From an uncultured Gammaproteobacteria bacterium (GTDB taxonomy: Bacteria > Patescibacteriota > Patescibacteriia > UBA1558 > 2-01-FULL-52-15), in contig CAYOCJ010000001.1 in NCBI GenBank assembly GCA_964402565.1, forward strand, positions 568,823-632,822: DNA of 64,000 bases, read 5' to 3'. Position 1 is the first letter of the stretch; each line of letters begins with the position of its first letter. The notes below the pieces were generated by a model that made no database searches, was not told where the DNA came from, and saw only the letters and a list, made by a program, of their open reading frames with translations. The position numbers and the translations under genes are program-made. Shown piece by piece: positions 37,948 through 47,536 of this stretch.

Positions 37948-39303
37948 TCAATAGGGCAAAATAGTCCCCAATTGCTTCATGTCGGTTATCTTTTCAGCTA
38001 TGATCTTCTCAATATTGAAGGTGCCGAATTTGGGAGCTTCTATAAAGCCCTGAAGTGCTGCTTCGGCAAGCCAGCCGCTGTCCAACCAGTCAAAAAGCCA
38101 CTCTGAGGTATAGTCCGGGTCTTCTTGATATGCCCCGCAACCGATTGATTCTACCCAAAGCCGGTTAAATCGCTCCTGCGAGCCGATGGGAGGCGCTATG
38201 ACCAGCGGAATACCGAGTGCAGCGTAAAAGCTCAGTTCAGATGGCTTGGTCCACAGAATATCAGTTGTCCGCAAAGCTTGGTCGAATTTCTTGAAGTACT
38301 CGAATTTCGAATTTGCGAACACGATATGGATATGCTTATCAAGCTCATGCATCAACCCCATGGAGCGGACCGCATCATTGAAAAACTTGCTGACTTCATT
38401 ATGTATCCCTGCAACCATGGTAAAACTTATCTGGTGTTGAAGGATCTTATTTTTTAAGCTCCTCAAAATTTGAACAGCTAGTTCGCGTTGTGCTCCTGCA
38501 CCGCCGACGGGGAAGGTGAGCGTTAATGGATGCAGCGAGTGACGCGGCAATGCGTGAGCACCCAAATGCTCTTTGACGGTCTCATGGTACTGCTTATAGT
38601 AATTTCTTTTCGGATCAAGATTCACGAGGCGGTAAAGAATATCCTGTTTCAGGCGTGTCAATCGATCATTGCCCAAATTTTCTAATGGCAATGGAAATCC
38701 GGTAAGAAAAATATTATCTTCTTTGATGCCGTAGAGCTTGAGGCGATTTGCGACGCGATAGGTCGGCGCAAAATAGCGTATGCGAGAACGAGAAGGGTAT
38801 TGCGGCACCCACGCGCGGCTGATATCAGTATCCGTCGCTAAGCAGTATATGTCTCCCGGATATTCGAAATGCTCAGCCATGAATGCAGGAATGAAGAACG
38901 TGCAGATTAACGGCAATGGTTTTTTTGAAAGTTTTTCGATCAAATGCTTGCCCCAATTTGAATTGCGGATCAGCGACATGATCTGCGTCACCTGCAAAGT
39001 CGGCGCTGAGAGATCGCGCTTCGGATAGAATGGCGGTATGCTCTGCAGGGTATCGTACAACTCGAACACCTCTTCGCCGATCAAAGGAACTTGTTTGAAG
39101 CGTGAGATGAATTCATAGAAGCGGCGCGAGTTCCGCCAAATTTTCCGATCATGCACGGGGATGCCAGGGTAATTATTTGCATTCAAAATATCGCCCTCGG
39201 CGAGATACCTCAAAGGAAATGCAGCACGCTGATGCCCATATCCCATATCGACGCTGATGACCCATGCTTTCGGGTGTGTATGTGTTTTTGTTTCCTCCTG
39301 CAT
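37948..39303 (-). CDS. GT-B fold glycosyltransferase-like protein (MGDG synthase/UgtP/GT28-like)
   Basis: DMGYGHQRAA, TGFPLP, GGAGAQ, LWTKPSEL, PIGSQERFN. Confidence 0.65.
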   Translation of the reverse strand: MQEETKTHTHPKAWVISVDMGYGHQRAAFPLRYLAEGDILNANNYPGIPVHDRKIWRNSRRFYEFISRFKQVPLIGEEVFELYDTLQSIPPFYPKRDLSAPTLQVTQIMSLIRNSNWGKHLIEKLSKKPLPLICTFFIPAFMAEHFEYPGDIYCLATDTDISRAWVPQYPSRSRIRYFAPTYRVANRLKLYGIKEDNIFLTGFPLPLENLGNDRLTRLKQDILYRLVNLDPKRNYYKQYHETVKEHLGAHALPRHSLHPLTLTFPVGGAGAQRELAVQILRSLKNKILQHQISFTMVAGIHNEVSKFFNDAVRSMGLMHELDKHIHIVFANSKFEYFKKFDQALRTTDILWTKPSELSFYAALGIPLVIAPPIGSQERFNRLWVESIGCGAYQEDPDYTSEWLFDWLDSGWLAEAALQGFIEAPKFGTFNIEKIIAEKITDMKQLGTILPY

Positions 39304-39312
39304 ACTACTGTA

Positions 39313-39585
39313 TCACCATAGATACAAACTTATTCTCCACAAGAGATAGCCGCTGCTGATGCCGACAATATTGGTCGTCATATCGTACCAATCAAAGTGA
39401 TCGCCAGGGCGCATCATATCGTGCAGTTCCTTGGCTACGCCGAGCAAAATGACCGCCGGAAGCACCAGCAAGCTATTCCAGATCAACAGGCCGAAAAAAG
39501 TTAATGCCAGAGATGCGGTAAAATGAACTGTTTTATCGTAGCGGCCGAAATAGACGCCTTTAAAAAAATCCAATAGCGTAGTCAT
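39313..39585 (-). CDS. Small VanZ-like membrane protein
   Basis: DKTVHF, KELHD and DMTTNIVG pattern; about 3 TM. Confidence 0.6.
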   Translation of the reverse strand: MTTLLDFFKGVYFGRYDKTVHFTASLALTFFGLLIWNSLLVLPAVILLGVAKELHDMMRPGDHFDWYDMTTNIVGISSGYLLWRISLYLW

Positions 39586-39647
39586 GTCGTCATAATTATA
39601 ACATAAAAAAACAGCCCGTAGGCCTAGCTTACCTAGCACGCAGCGTA

Positions 39648-39842
39648 CTAGACAGCAACCGGAGTTTCCGGCGACTTTTTTTCCTGCTCCTCTACTTTCT
39701 TTGCATGTTCTTCGATGGCCGCTTTGGTGATGTCATGAAAAGGATTGTCAGTGTATTCTGACATGAGCTTTTGGTACTCTGGATCAGGATTCGGCTCCTT
39801 GGTCACGAGCGGCTCTAATGATGGATTGACGGTGTCTGACAT
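39648..39842 (-). CDS. Small acidic hypothetical protein
   Basis: 64-aa ORF that fills the gap co-directionally; no family recognised. Confidence 0.5.
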   Translation of the reverse strand: MSDTVNPSLEPLVTKEPNPDPEYQKLMSEYTDNPFHDITKAAIEEHAKKVEEQEKKSPETPVAV

Positions 39843-39882
39843 AGTATCGAAACACTACCACAATGTACGCAGTTCCTGCAAC

Positions 39883-40317
39883 CTATGCATACCGGTCGAC
39901 GCGGAAGCAGAAAAATAACAAAATGCTGATCAAAAGGAAAGCAACGAATGACATCAGCGGTATCGTAATGAAGCCCAAGAAGCTGATGTCGATGGTCGAG
40001 CATGCTATGCTGCCTTTCGTGCAGTTAATGAAGGAGTTCTCTGCTGCCGGTTTATACATCTGTATGAGATAGTGATATCCGGCGATAATCGCTCCTATGC
40101 AGCTCATCGGTAAAATATATTTCGGAAAATTCGCATCACGCAACCGAAGCGCAACGACAGACAGCAGGACGATCGGGTACATCAGGATGCGTTGATACCA
40201 GCAGAGCTCGCAAGGCGTGAGTCCAACGATCTCGCTGAAATACAGACTGCCAAGCATTGCAGTCGCAGAAATGAGAAGAACGCACAAATATAAATTTCGT
40301 TTCGACAATACTCTCAT
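39883..40317 (-). CDS. dsbB: Disulfide bond formation protein, DsbB/BdbC family
   Basis: GSLYFSE..PCELCWYQRILMYP, a second Cys pair, and FITIPLMS. Confidence 0.92.
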   Translation of the reverse strand: MRVLSKRNLYLCVLLISATAMLGSLYFSEIVGLTPCELCWYQRILMYPIVLLSVVALRLRDANFPKYILPMSCIGAIIAGYHYLIQMYKPAAENSFINCTKGSIACSTIDISFLGFITIPLMSFVAFLLISILLFFCFRVDRYA

Positions 40318-40359
40318 ACGTGTTTCAAGTATAGCATAGAACATGCGCTGATAATAGTT

Positions 40360-40397
40360 CAGGGCCCAGATATCACGTGTGTAATACCTGGGCCCTA
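40360..40397. terminator. Hairpin downstream of the 40409-40837 gene
   Basis: AGGGCCCAG...CTGGGCCCT inverted repeat. Confidence 0.55.
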
Positions 40398-40408
40398 GTC
40401 GCTTGGGA

Positions 40409-40837
40409 TCAGTGCTCCTGCATGGGGAAATTCTCCCCCATCAGGATGCGATTTGCTTCATCCTCCAGCTCTTCGTCCCTGAGGACGCGCTCGTCGTCAT
40501 CCGACGGGGTCTCGCTCTGAACGAGATAGAGATGGGGATTGCCGGGTTCGACGAGAAGGTCAGGATGGGCGTCCAGGAGTTGATCGAGACTGGTCTCGTG
40601 GCCATTGTTGCCTTCGGCATCCCAGTGACGTACGAATCGTGCGCCTTCCCCGATGCGCCGATGCGCACAGGGTATGCCCTGCGATCCTTCGCCGGCCATG
40701 GCTGACGCCATGGAAAGCATGTCTCCGGGAAACCGGGGGTTGACGCCGCTGGCGCCAAGCATGTAGCCGACTTCGACCCGTTCTGCGCCTTCATCCAAAA
40801 GTTCTCGTTGCTCGACTGTCAATCGATCCCTCAGCAT
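40409..40837 (-). CDS. Acidic hypothetical protein
   Basis: Strong SD (AGGAGGAGG), upstream TTGACA promoter-like element and downstream hairpin; GC-rich codon usage. Confidence 0.65.
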   Translation of the reverse strand: MLRDRLTVEQRELLDEGAERVEVGYMLGASGVNPRFPGDMLSMASAMAGEGSQGIPCAHRRIGEGARFVRHWDAEGNNGHETSLDQLLDAHPDLLVEPGNPHLYLVQSETPSDDDERVLRDEELEDEANRILMGENFPMQEH

Positions 40838-40955
40838 ACCGTTCCTCCTCCTTTTTTCGTAGCATCCACTACCAGAAAACGGTTGACTTAACGATACGCC
40901 GTTTTTTTAACTTGTCAATACATTCTAAACATGGTCTGGTTTTTCAGCAGATATT

Positions 40956-41492
40956 CTAGCGAATTTTATCAAGAATGTGCCTACTCTCGTCAGGGTTAAA
41001 CCCTTTTAACGCTAACCATGCATACACCTTGGAGTTTATTTGGTATTTCTTTTTTGGATCAGCTCCGTATTTCTCGTGAAGTCTCTGGTATTTGATCTTT
41101 GCAGCCGAGGTAATCTTTTCTAAATCCTGCTTTCCGCCATTTTCCTCAAATTCTTTTAACACGTCGTCAACAATGTGCATTGGAAGCTTGCGAGACATCA
41201 TTTTCCTGCGAATAACCCGCATACCGTCTTTTTTATCTTTCAATAGCTCGAAGAGGCGAGCAGCATACTTTCTATCGTCAACCAGCCCCTGCTGGCACAG
41301 TTTCTCAACTACTTTCTGAGCATTTTCCTTAGTATAAAAAACATAGCGGATCGTATCAGGGTACAATTTTTTTAGCCGAACGATTCGGTCTACCAGACGC
41401 TTTTCAGAAACTTCGCCATCGGCAAGCCAGGCGAGCATCTTTTGATAGATATGCTGAAGGTCAGGATCGTCGAATGTTTGCCGATCTGTCAT
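40956..41492 (-). CDS. recX: RecX family regulatory protein
   Basis: SEKRL, VEKLCQQGLVDDRKYA, G..IRRKM, LALKGF. Confidence 0.75.
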   Translation of the reverse strand: MTDRQTFDDPDLQHIYQKMLAWLADGEVSEKRLVDRIVRLKKLYPDTIRYVFYTKENAQKVVEKLCQQGLVDDRKYAARLFELLKDKKDGMRVIRRKMMSRKLPMHIVDDVLKEFEENGGKQDLEKITSAAKIKYQRLHEKYGADPKKKYQINSKVYAWLALKGFNPDESRHILDKIR

Positions 41493-41905
41493 AGAGAGAT
41501 TATACACCAGATCCTAAAATTATTTTGCAAGTCGATGTTAAATGATATAATTACCTTAGAAACGTTAGCTAAGTACAGAGAAAAAAGCCGTCATAAAAAA
41601 GTTTTTTAAAAAAATACACAGGCAGAAAACACAAACCATAGAATAAAAAATGAGCGCCGTCGGTTTCCAAAAACGGCTCTCAATACGGTGTAAGACTAAG
41701 ACCAAAATAAAGCTTATCAACTTAGACCTACATCACTATGGCTACTATCAAACGATGGTTCAAACGGTTTCGAAAAAATGATTGGGATGAAAATCTCCGG
41801 CTGTACGGATTAAAATAGTAATGAACGTTCTTTCAAAAAAACGTACGTGTGAAGCTTGAAAAGCGATCACAGGTGCTCAACATAGGACGATGCGTAGGAG
41901 TGATT

Positions 41906-42118
41906 ATGGATTTATGTACCAGTTTCGAGAGCAATCATGGTCCAAACTCTGTTCCCTGTCGGGAAAATGTTTCGTTAGAAAACAAATCAGAATGTGCTCT
42001 TTGCGAGCACAGTGAGGTGAGTCAGATGCGGAATAGCACGCGGCGCATGAGAATCGAAGACGAATTGGTCACAACATCTCATGGCCTACTCCCCATGACT
42101 CTATGGGCAGGGGGCTAA
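41906..42118 (+). CDS. Small hypothetical protein (70 aa, four Cys)
   Basis: AGGAG SD before ATG 41906; followed by the GGGGGC...GCCCCC hairpin. Confidence 0.45.
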   Translation: MDLCTSFESNHGPNSVPCRENVSLENKSECALCEHSEVSQMRNSTRRMRIEDELVTTSHGLLPMTLWAGG

Positions 42119-42149
42119 GTAAGATCGCCCCCTCCCAAATTCAAAACAT

Positions 42150-42299
42150 ATGACATACGAAAATCAAGCGCTCGTAACTAATATCTTATTCATTCTAGAA
42201 GGTGCGGTGCTTTTAATTGCCGCGAATTGGGCCGGTTGGATGATACTGTCTATCGGAGGGCTTATGATGATTGAAACGATCAGAATTAGATCCATTTGA
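42150..42299 (+). CDS. 49-aa two-TM small membrane protein
   Basis: Manual translation: MTYENQALVTNILFILEGAVLLIAANWAGWMILSIGGLMMIETIRIRSI*. Confidence 0.55.
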   Translation: MTYENQALVTNILFILEGAVLLIAANWAGWMILSIGGLMMIETIRIRSI

Positions 42300-42388
42300 T
42301 GCCCAGGAAACAAACACCAGCGCAGATTGGCAATCGCCCTTTAATTCATTTATAGTTAGTGTGTGTTTAAAAAAAATTTAACGCACTG

Positions 42389-43141
42389 ATGAAACATCTC
42401 GTTGACATAACCTACGAAACCTATACAAGCGGCGCTATAACCGTGCCTTGCGTTATTGCCCAACCAAAAGAGAGCGGATCCTATCCCTGTATTATTTATA
42501 ATCGCGGAGGTAATCGGGAATTTGGAAAAATTACCCCTGCATATGGCGAATATTTAGTAGAAAGAATTGCTTCATGGGGATATATAGTTGTTGCATCTCA
42601 ATATCGCGGGCTTATTGGTGAAGAAGGTGCCGACGAATTTGGCGGGGCAGATGTTGATGACGTAGTCAATCTAATTAGCGTGCTTAAAAGCTTACCAAAT
42701 GCAGACACACAGCGAATTGGGATGTTTGGCTGGAGTCGTGGAGGCATGATGGTTTACCTGGCTTTGAAAAAAATGCATTTCATCAAAGCAGCTGTCTCAG
42801 TTGCAGGAGTTGCTGATTTACTAGAAACTGCGAAACGCCGGCCTGAAATGAAAAAAATATTTGAAGAGCTGATCAGCACCGGACCAGACCTGGAAGAAAA
42901 ACTCAAGGAACGCTCAATAGTATACTGGCCTGAGAAGCTACCAAAAGTACCGCTACTCCTCATGCATGGCACCGCTGATTGGCGTGTCAACTATGAACAA
43001 AGTGTACAGCTTGCAAACGAGCTCACAAAACGTAACTTTCCTGTAACTCTCAAATTATTTACCGGGGGCGATCATGCCCTGACAGACTATGATGATGAAG
43101 TTTGGAAAATGACAAAAGAATGGTTTGAAAAATATGCTTAA
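42389..43141 (+). CDS. S9 (prolyl oligopeptidase-like) serine peptidase/esterase
   Basis: YNRGGN, GWSRGG, HGTADWRV, GGDH. Confidence 0.88.
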   Translation: MKHLVDITYETYTSGAITVPCVIAQPKESGSYPCIIYNRGGNREFGKITPAYGEYLVERIASWGYIVVASQYRGLIGEEGADEFGGADVDDVVNLISVLKSLPNADTQRIGMFGWSRGGMMVYLALKKMHFIKAAVSVAGVADLLETAKRRPEMKKIFEELISTGPDLEEKLKERSIVYWPEKLPKVPLLLMHGTADWRVNYEQSVQLANELTKRNFPVTLKLFTGGDHALTDYDDEVWKMTKEWFEKYA

Positions 43142-44354
43142 CAAAAAAAATAACTCAGAAAAAAAATTCTATATAACTCTCCTGGCTGCTATTATTGCTT
43201 TGAGCGGGTTTTTGATGATTGAAAATTCACTAACATACCAAAACGAAGGAAATAGCCTATCGATTCAAAAACCTGCCACACGCTCCTCTGCTACACGTCT
43301 TCTAGTTAAGTACACTAGGTTTAAACCCTCAACTGAAGAATATCGCATTATTAACTCTCAGGGTGTAGTTTTAGAAAAATTAGATTTCTCGCCAGAAAAA
43401 TACAGTATTGTAGCCGACCCAACGGGGAGTAATATCATTAGACGCTCACCAAATAAAATTGAGATAGCTTCAGGTTCAAAAAATAGAACATTTAAAACTA
43501 TAGTTGAAAATGATAAGGGCATTTCTGATATTATTTTTTCCAGCGATGGCACAAAAATAGCTTACACAACGTCAAGTGTGCTTAAAAAGAATCAAGACGA
43601 CATTCCGCTTGCAGGCAAAAGCACTCTTTTTATAGTCGATGCTGATGGCCGCAATAACAAAAAAATTATGGATATCGAGCTCTATTCGAAATTGGTAGGA
43701 TTCAATGCCGCGGACGGGACCATGCTCTATTCAGTATGCGGTTTTGACTTGTGTGATAATTTTTCTAAACTGACCGCAGTTAGTACAGAAAATTTTACAC
43801 GTAAACGCATAGGATCTTTTGATGCTTTCAATGGCTATGCCCTCATGAGTGACCTAAGTAAAATGTATTATTCTGATGGCAAGACTAAGGATATTATGCA
43901 ATATGATTTTCAAAGCGGCACATCTTCAAAGATTTTCTCACTACATGAAAATGGAATAGATCAAGGAGACAACACTCCCTCCATTGGTCGTTTTTTTGTA
44001 TCCCCTGATCAAACAACATTGATCTTCACTGCATATAATACAGGGTCGAGCGGCGCTGAGATTACATACGAAATGAACTTAAATACTAATCAAGTTCGAG
44101 AAATACTACATGACAAAAAATACTACAATATTGGGCCAGAAGGATGGTCGCCTGATGGCAAGCTCATCTTATTCAACACCTTTTGTTATGGCTGCGGAAA
44201 AAAATTTGGTTACGACAACGAGGGTGAATACTATTTTATGAACTATGAAACAGGGCAACTATATAAGTTCTTCACGTCAGAAATGATTTCATATTTAGAT
44301 CAAACCATTCATAACGAGAGCATGCATCTCGAAACGTGGCTGCGGGGTAATTAG
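43134..44354 (+). CDS. Membrane-anchored TolB/PD40-like beta-propeller protein
   Basis: N-terminal TM; FSSDGTKIAY, VSPDQTTLIF, WSPDGKLILF. Confidence 0.75.
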   Translation: MLNKKNNSEKKFYITLLAAIIALSGFLMIENSLTYQNEGNSLSIQKPATRSSATRLLVKYTRFKPSTEEYRIINSQGVVLEKLDFSPEKYSIVADPTGSNIIRRSPNKIEIASGSKNRTFKTIVENDKGISDIIFSSDGTKIAYTTSSVLKKNQDDIPLAGKSTLFIVDADGRNNKKIMDIELYSKLVGFNAADGTMLYSVCGFDLCDNFSKLTAVSTENFTRKRIGSFDAFNGYALMSDLSKMYYSDGKTKDIMQYDFQSGTSSKIFSLHENGIDQGDNTPSIGRFFVSPDQTTLIFTAYNTGSSGAEITYEMNLNTNQVREILHDKKYYNIGPEGWSPDGKLILFNTFCYGCGKKFGYDNEGEYYFMNYETGQLYKFFTSEMISYLDQTIHNESMHLETWLRGN

Positions 44355-44484
44355 CGGATTGAAATTAAATTTTTTTTCGACATTTGAATTCCGTTGTAAC
44401 GAAAACAGGGCTATCAACGGCATTCAAGAAATAACTCTTGACTGTCTGTGCTTGTTCTTTGACAGGCGATAAAGGACGGAAGCG

Positions 44485-46614
44485 ATGCAAAAACCAGTGT
44501 TTTGTTTCTTCGTGCTGCTCTATTGTTCACTTGCATTTGGCCAGTCTCCAATTGATCTCAAACTTCCTTTTCCGAATGGCGAAACATGGACGATGACACA
44601 AGGATACAATCAAGGGTCCCACATTGCTTATGCGTCGTCTGATGAGCGCTATGCTGTAGATTTTGCCAGCAGTTGTGGCTCGACATGGGGCAAGCCGGTG
44701 CTCGCGGCTGCAGCAGGAACAGTCCATATCGTTTCAACGACAGACAACGATGATTGGGGAGTCAACCTCTGGATCGTACATGAGGGTGGATGTAGGACCC
44801 GTTATGCGCACATGATTGTCGGATCACTCTTCGTACGTGAGGGAGAGTTTGTTACGCAGGGTCAAATTATCGGACTGACTGGCAAAACAGGTTATACCAT
44901 CCCTTCAGGTTGTCAAAACAACGGAGGTTCACATATTCATCTAGTCCTACAGTGCCTAGTGAATGGCGCGTATGTTGGTAAAAAGCCGGAACCGATTTCT
45001 GGTTATACTGATTTTACCAGAAATCAAGTTCCATATACCTCCAACAACGGCAATATAATCGGGCATTGGAATACCGGATGGAAACTTGATGGATCCTCTG
45101 AGGCTTTCTACCGAGCTTATGCGCGTAACCCACATGCGAACTTTGGCCTCCCAACTGCTGACGCAGGCAATCCAAACGGAGCCTTTGTCCATCAATGGAA
45201 TAACACTTCAATCAACGATCTCTTTGTTCAAAACTTTGACGATCCTGATTTTGAAAAGCGAGGTGTGATTCTTTGGAAACAAAGCTCTCCCGCGAATGCG
45301 TATGTGGTACGAGGCGGCTTCTGGGAACTATACCGCTACAATAACGGACCTGTCACCTATGGCGCTCCGGTCACTGACGAGGGTTGCTGGTACAACAATG
45401 GTATCGTATCTGCACTCCCCAATTTCAACTTCCCGGCAGCACAGCTATTCCAAAAGGCAAATGGCAGCACAGGCATCATGGTCTGGAATCCAAACTGGGT
45501 TCAAGGTACTACGGTCAGGTTCATCGACAATATCCCGAATGTACCCTACACTATCGGACCATGTCCTTCACAGACCAGTCAAACAACTTCTCAAAACATC
45601 TTCGCTTCGGCCTTCCAGACAGATCCTTCAACGGTCAAAGTCACAGTCAATAATGCAAGTAAACTCGCCTATGACACGTATGAGTTGATCAGAAATGACG
45701 TGCCTGTAGGCGGCGGCTCGTTAGGCAGTGTCACAAAGATCACTGATCCTTCAGTCATCGAAGGTACGGCCTATGACTACCAGGTCCGCGGAACTATCAA
45801 TGGCCATACCGTGGCCTTGTCGAACCAAATACCCTTAGACACCGCTTGCAACCCGGTAACTATGTCTGATTGTGACGGGATCGATGGCAGTGCAGACAAT
45901 TGCCCGAGCGTCGATAATGCTGATCAAAAAAACTCAGACACCGACGTCTTTGGCGATGCCTGCGACAATTGTCCGACCGTCTACAACCCAAGCCAGGCAG
46001 ACAGCGACGCGGATGGCATCGGCGATGCCTGCGACCCATGCCCCTATGGGTCCTGCCTGGTAACCGTGTTCAGCGACAATTTCAACCGAGCTGCGCTCGG
46101 CACGAACTGGGAAGCCTGCAGCACTGCAAGCATCATCAATAATACTTTGCAGCTGCAGAACACTTCAGGCCCGACGAATTGTCCAGATGTCGGCCAAAGC
46201 TTTGCGCAGGCAACGCTCGTCGTTCCTGGCGATGAGATTCGCGATGGCGCAGTTCAATTCGATCTCAATACCGGCGGTCCGACACGTGCCAATAATGTTT
46301 TTCGGATCGGCTTCGGTGCATTCAGTGTGTATATCAACCAGGATAGCGCCACTGACAATGCGTGCCGGAGAAGGGTTGAACTGCGGGCTTTTGACACTGC
46401 TATCACCATGGCCTGTGGCATAACCATCAATCCAGGACGGTACGAATTCAGCGTGTCAGGTAATGCAATTCGGTTCAGAAATGTCTCTGGCGGAACCGTG
46501 ATCAACCAGACTGCGACATACGATCTTCAAACAACGGCAGGCCCGCTCGTGACAAGTGTTAACGAGGACACAACCACCGTAGACAATATCACCTTACAGA
46601 GGCGAGTTCCTTAA
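44485..46614 (+). CDS. Secreted M23 peptidase with LGFP-like, FN3-like, thrombospondin type 3 repeats and a C-terminal beta-sandwich
   Basis: Signal peptide; H..YAVD, YAHM and GSHIH zinc motifs; FGLP/YGAP repeats; DNCPxVxNxxQxDSDxDGxGDACD. Confidence 0.88.
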   Translation: MQKPVFCFFVLLYCSLAFGQSPIDLKLPFPNGETWTMTQGYNQGSHIAYASSDERYAVDFASSCGSTWGKPVLAAAAGTVHIVSTTDNDDWGVNLWIVHEGGCRTRYAHMIVGSLFVREGEFVTQGQIIGLTGKTGYTIPSGCQNNGGSHIHLVLQCLVNGAYVGKKPEPISGYTDFTRNQVPYTSNNGNIIGHWNTGWKLDGSSEAFYRAYARNPHANFGLPTADAGNPNGAFVHQWNNTSINDLFVQNFDDPDFEKRGVILWKQSSPANAYVVRGGFWELYRYNNGPVTYGAPVTDEGCWYNNGIVSALPNFNFPAAQLFQKANGSTGIMVWNPNWVQGTTVRFIDNIPNVPYTIGPCPSQTSQTTSQNIFASAFQTDPSTVKVTVNNASKLAYDTYELIRNDVPVGGGSLGSVTKITDPSVIEGTAYDYQVRGTINGHTVALSNQIPLDTACNPVTMSDCDGIDGSADNCPSVDNADQKNSDTDVFGDACDNCPTVYNPSQADSDADGIGDACDPCPYGSCLVTVFSDNFNRAALGTNWEACSTASIINNTLQLQNTSGPTNCPDVGQSFAQATLVVPGDEIRDGAVQFDLNTGGPTRANNVFRIGFGAFSVYINQDSATDNACRRRVELRAFDTAITMACGITINPGRYEFSVSGNAIRFRNVSGGTVINQTATYDLQTTAGPLVTSVNEDTTTVDNITLQRRVP

Positions 46615-46620
46615 CGTCAC

Positions 46621-46659
46621 TAACCCTGCATTGCGAAAGCGATGCAGGGTTATCTTTTT
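46621..46659 (+). terminator. Intrinsic terminator between convergent genes
   Basis: TAACCCTGCATTGC-GAAA-GCGATGCAGGGTTA followed by TCTTTTT. Confidence 0.85.
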
Positions 46660-46668
46660 GTAATAGCA

Positions 46669-47076
46669 TTATGTGCGCAACCTCTTCGACTGTTGAGTCA
46701 CAGCGTACACGCTCAAGACAGCTACATAGGTCGTGACCATTTCAAATGTTACCTGGTACCGTCCTCCGCTCAGGACGCTGGTCAGCACAAAAAAGACGAA
46801 AACCGCAGTCCAGATATGCACGAAATATTCTCCGGCGAAATGCGAGGTGAATTTCTTGTCTTTCCATCGCAAGAATTCCTTCTGCCCTACATAGATCGTC
46901 AATACTGCAGGATAAATAATCGCGATCAAGCTGTCTGCAGACTCGAACTGCGCGCGCCAGAAGAAATGCAAAAAATATACAACGAAAGTGACAATGGACC
47001 AGCCATTGACCATATGCTTCCAAAAAAGAAAGCTTTTTAACCGTCGTTCGTTTTTTACGCTATTGAACATACTCAT
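46669..47076 (-). CDS. Four-TM hypothetical membrane protein
   Basis: Hydrophobic segments; ATG 47076 overlaps the upstream TGA. Confidence 0.7.
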   Translation of the reverse strand: MSMFNSVKNERRLKSFLFWKHMVNGWSIVTFVVYFLHFFWRAQFESADSLIAIIYPAVLTIYVGQKEFLRWKDKKFTSHFAGEYFVHIWTAVFVFFVLTSVLSGGRYQVTFEMVTTYVAVLSVYAVTQQSKRLRT

Positions 47077-47531
47077 GGATGTAACTGTGCATGCCACAGT
47101 AAGCGCTCTACTGGCCGATAATCCCATGCTTCGCGATGCGGCGTAGCCTTTGTAGCATTATTGTTGACGCCAATCCCCTTGCCAATATAGAAACCCAGAT
47201 GTCGATGCGACCTGCCTGACGGAAATGCTCGCGGCGCATACACAATCACACAGCCGATGCGCGGTCTTTTAATGTCGCGCCACCCTGAACGTATCAGATC
47301 ATTCTCTGCTGCAGTTACTGTCGTATGCAACTCCTTGACCAGGTCGAACATTTTTAAGATCGAGGTCAGATAAAAAGCGCAGGCTAGATTTCCATTCTCA
47401 AGGACTTCGACATTCTTTCCGTCTATCTTGAAATAGCATTCACGAAACATCGTTGACCCTACTGAACCGCGGATCACAGCCAAATAGGTCTTGTGGATCA
47501 AGTGCTGCGGTTTTTGCTCTTGCGTCGGCAT
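47073..47531 (-). CDS. NlpC/P60-superfamily-like protein (Cys-His dyad)
   Basis: NLACAFYLTSIL, GCVIVY, HRHLGFYIG. Confidence 0.55.
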   Translation of the reverse strand: MPTQEQKPQHLIHKTYLAVIRGSVGSTMFRECYFKIDGKNVEVLENGNLACAFYLTSILKMFDLVKELHTTVTAAENDLIRSGWRDIKRPRIGCVIVYAPRAFPSGRSHRHLGFYIGKGIGVNNNATKATPHREAWDYRPVERLLWHAQLHP

Positions 47532-47536
47532 ACGAA

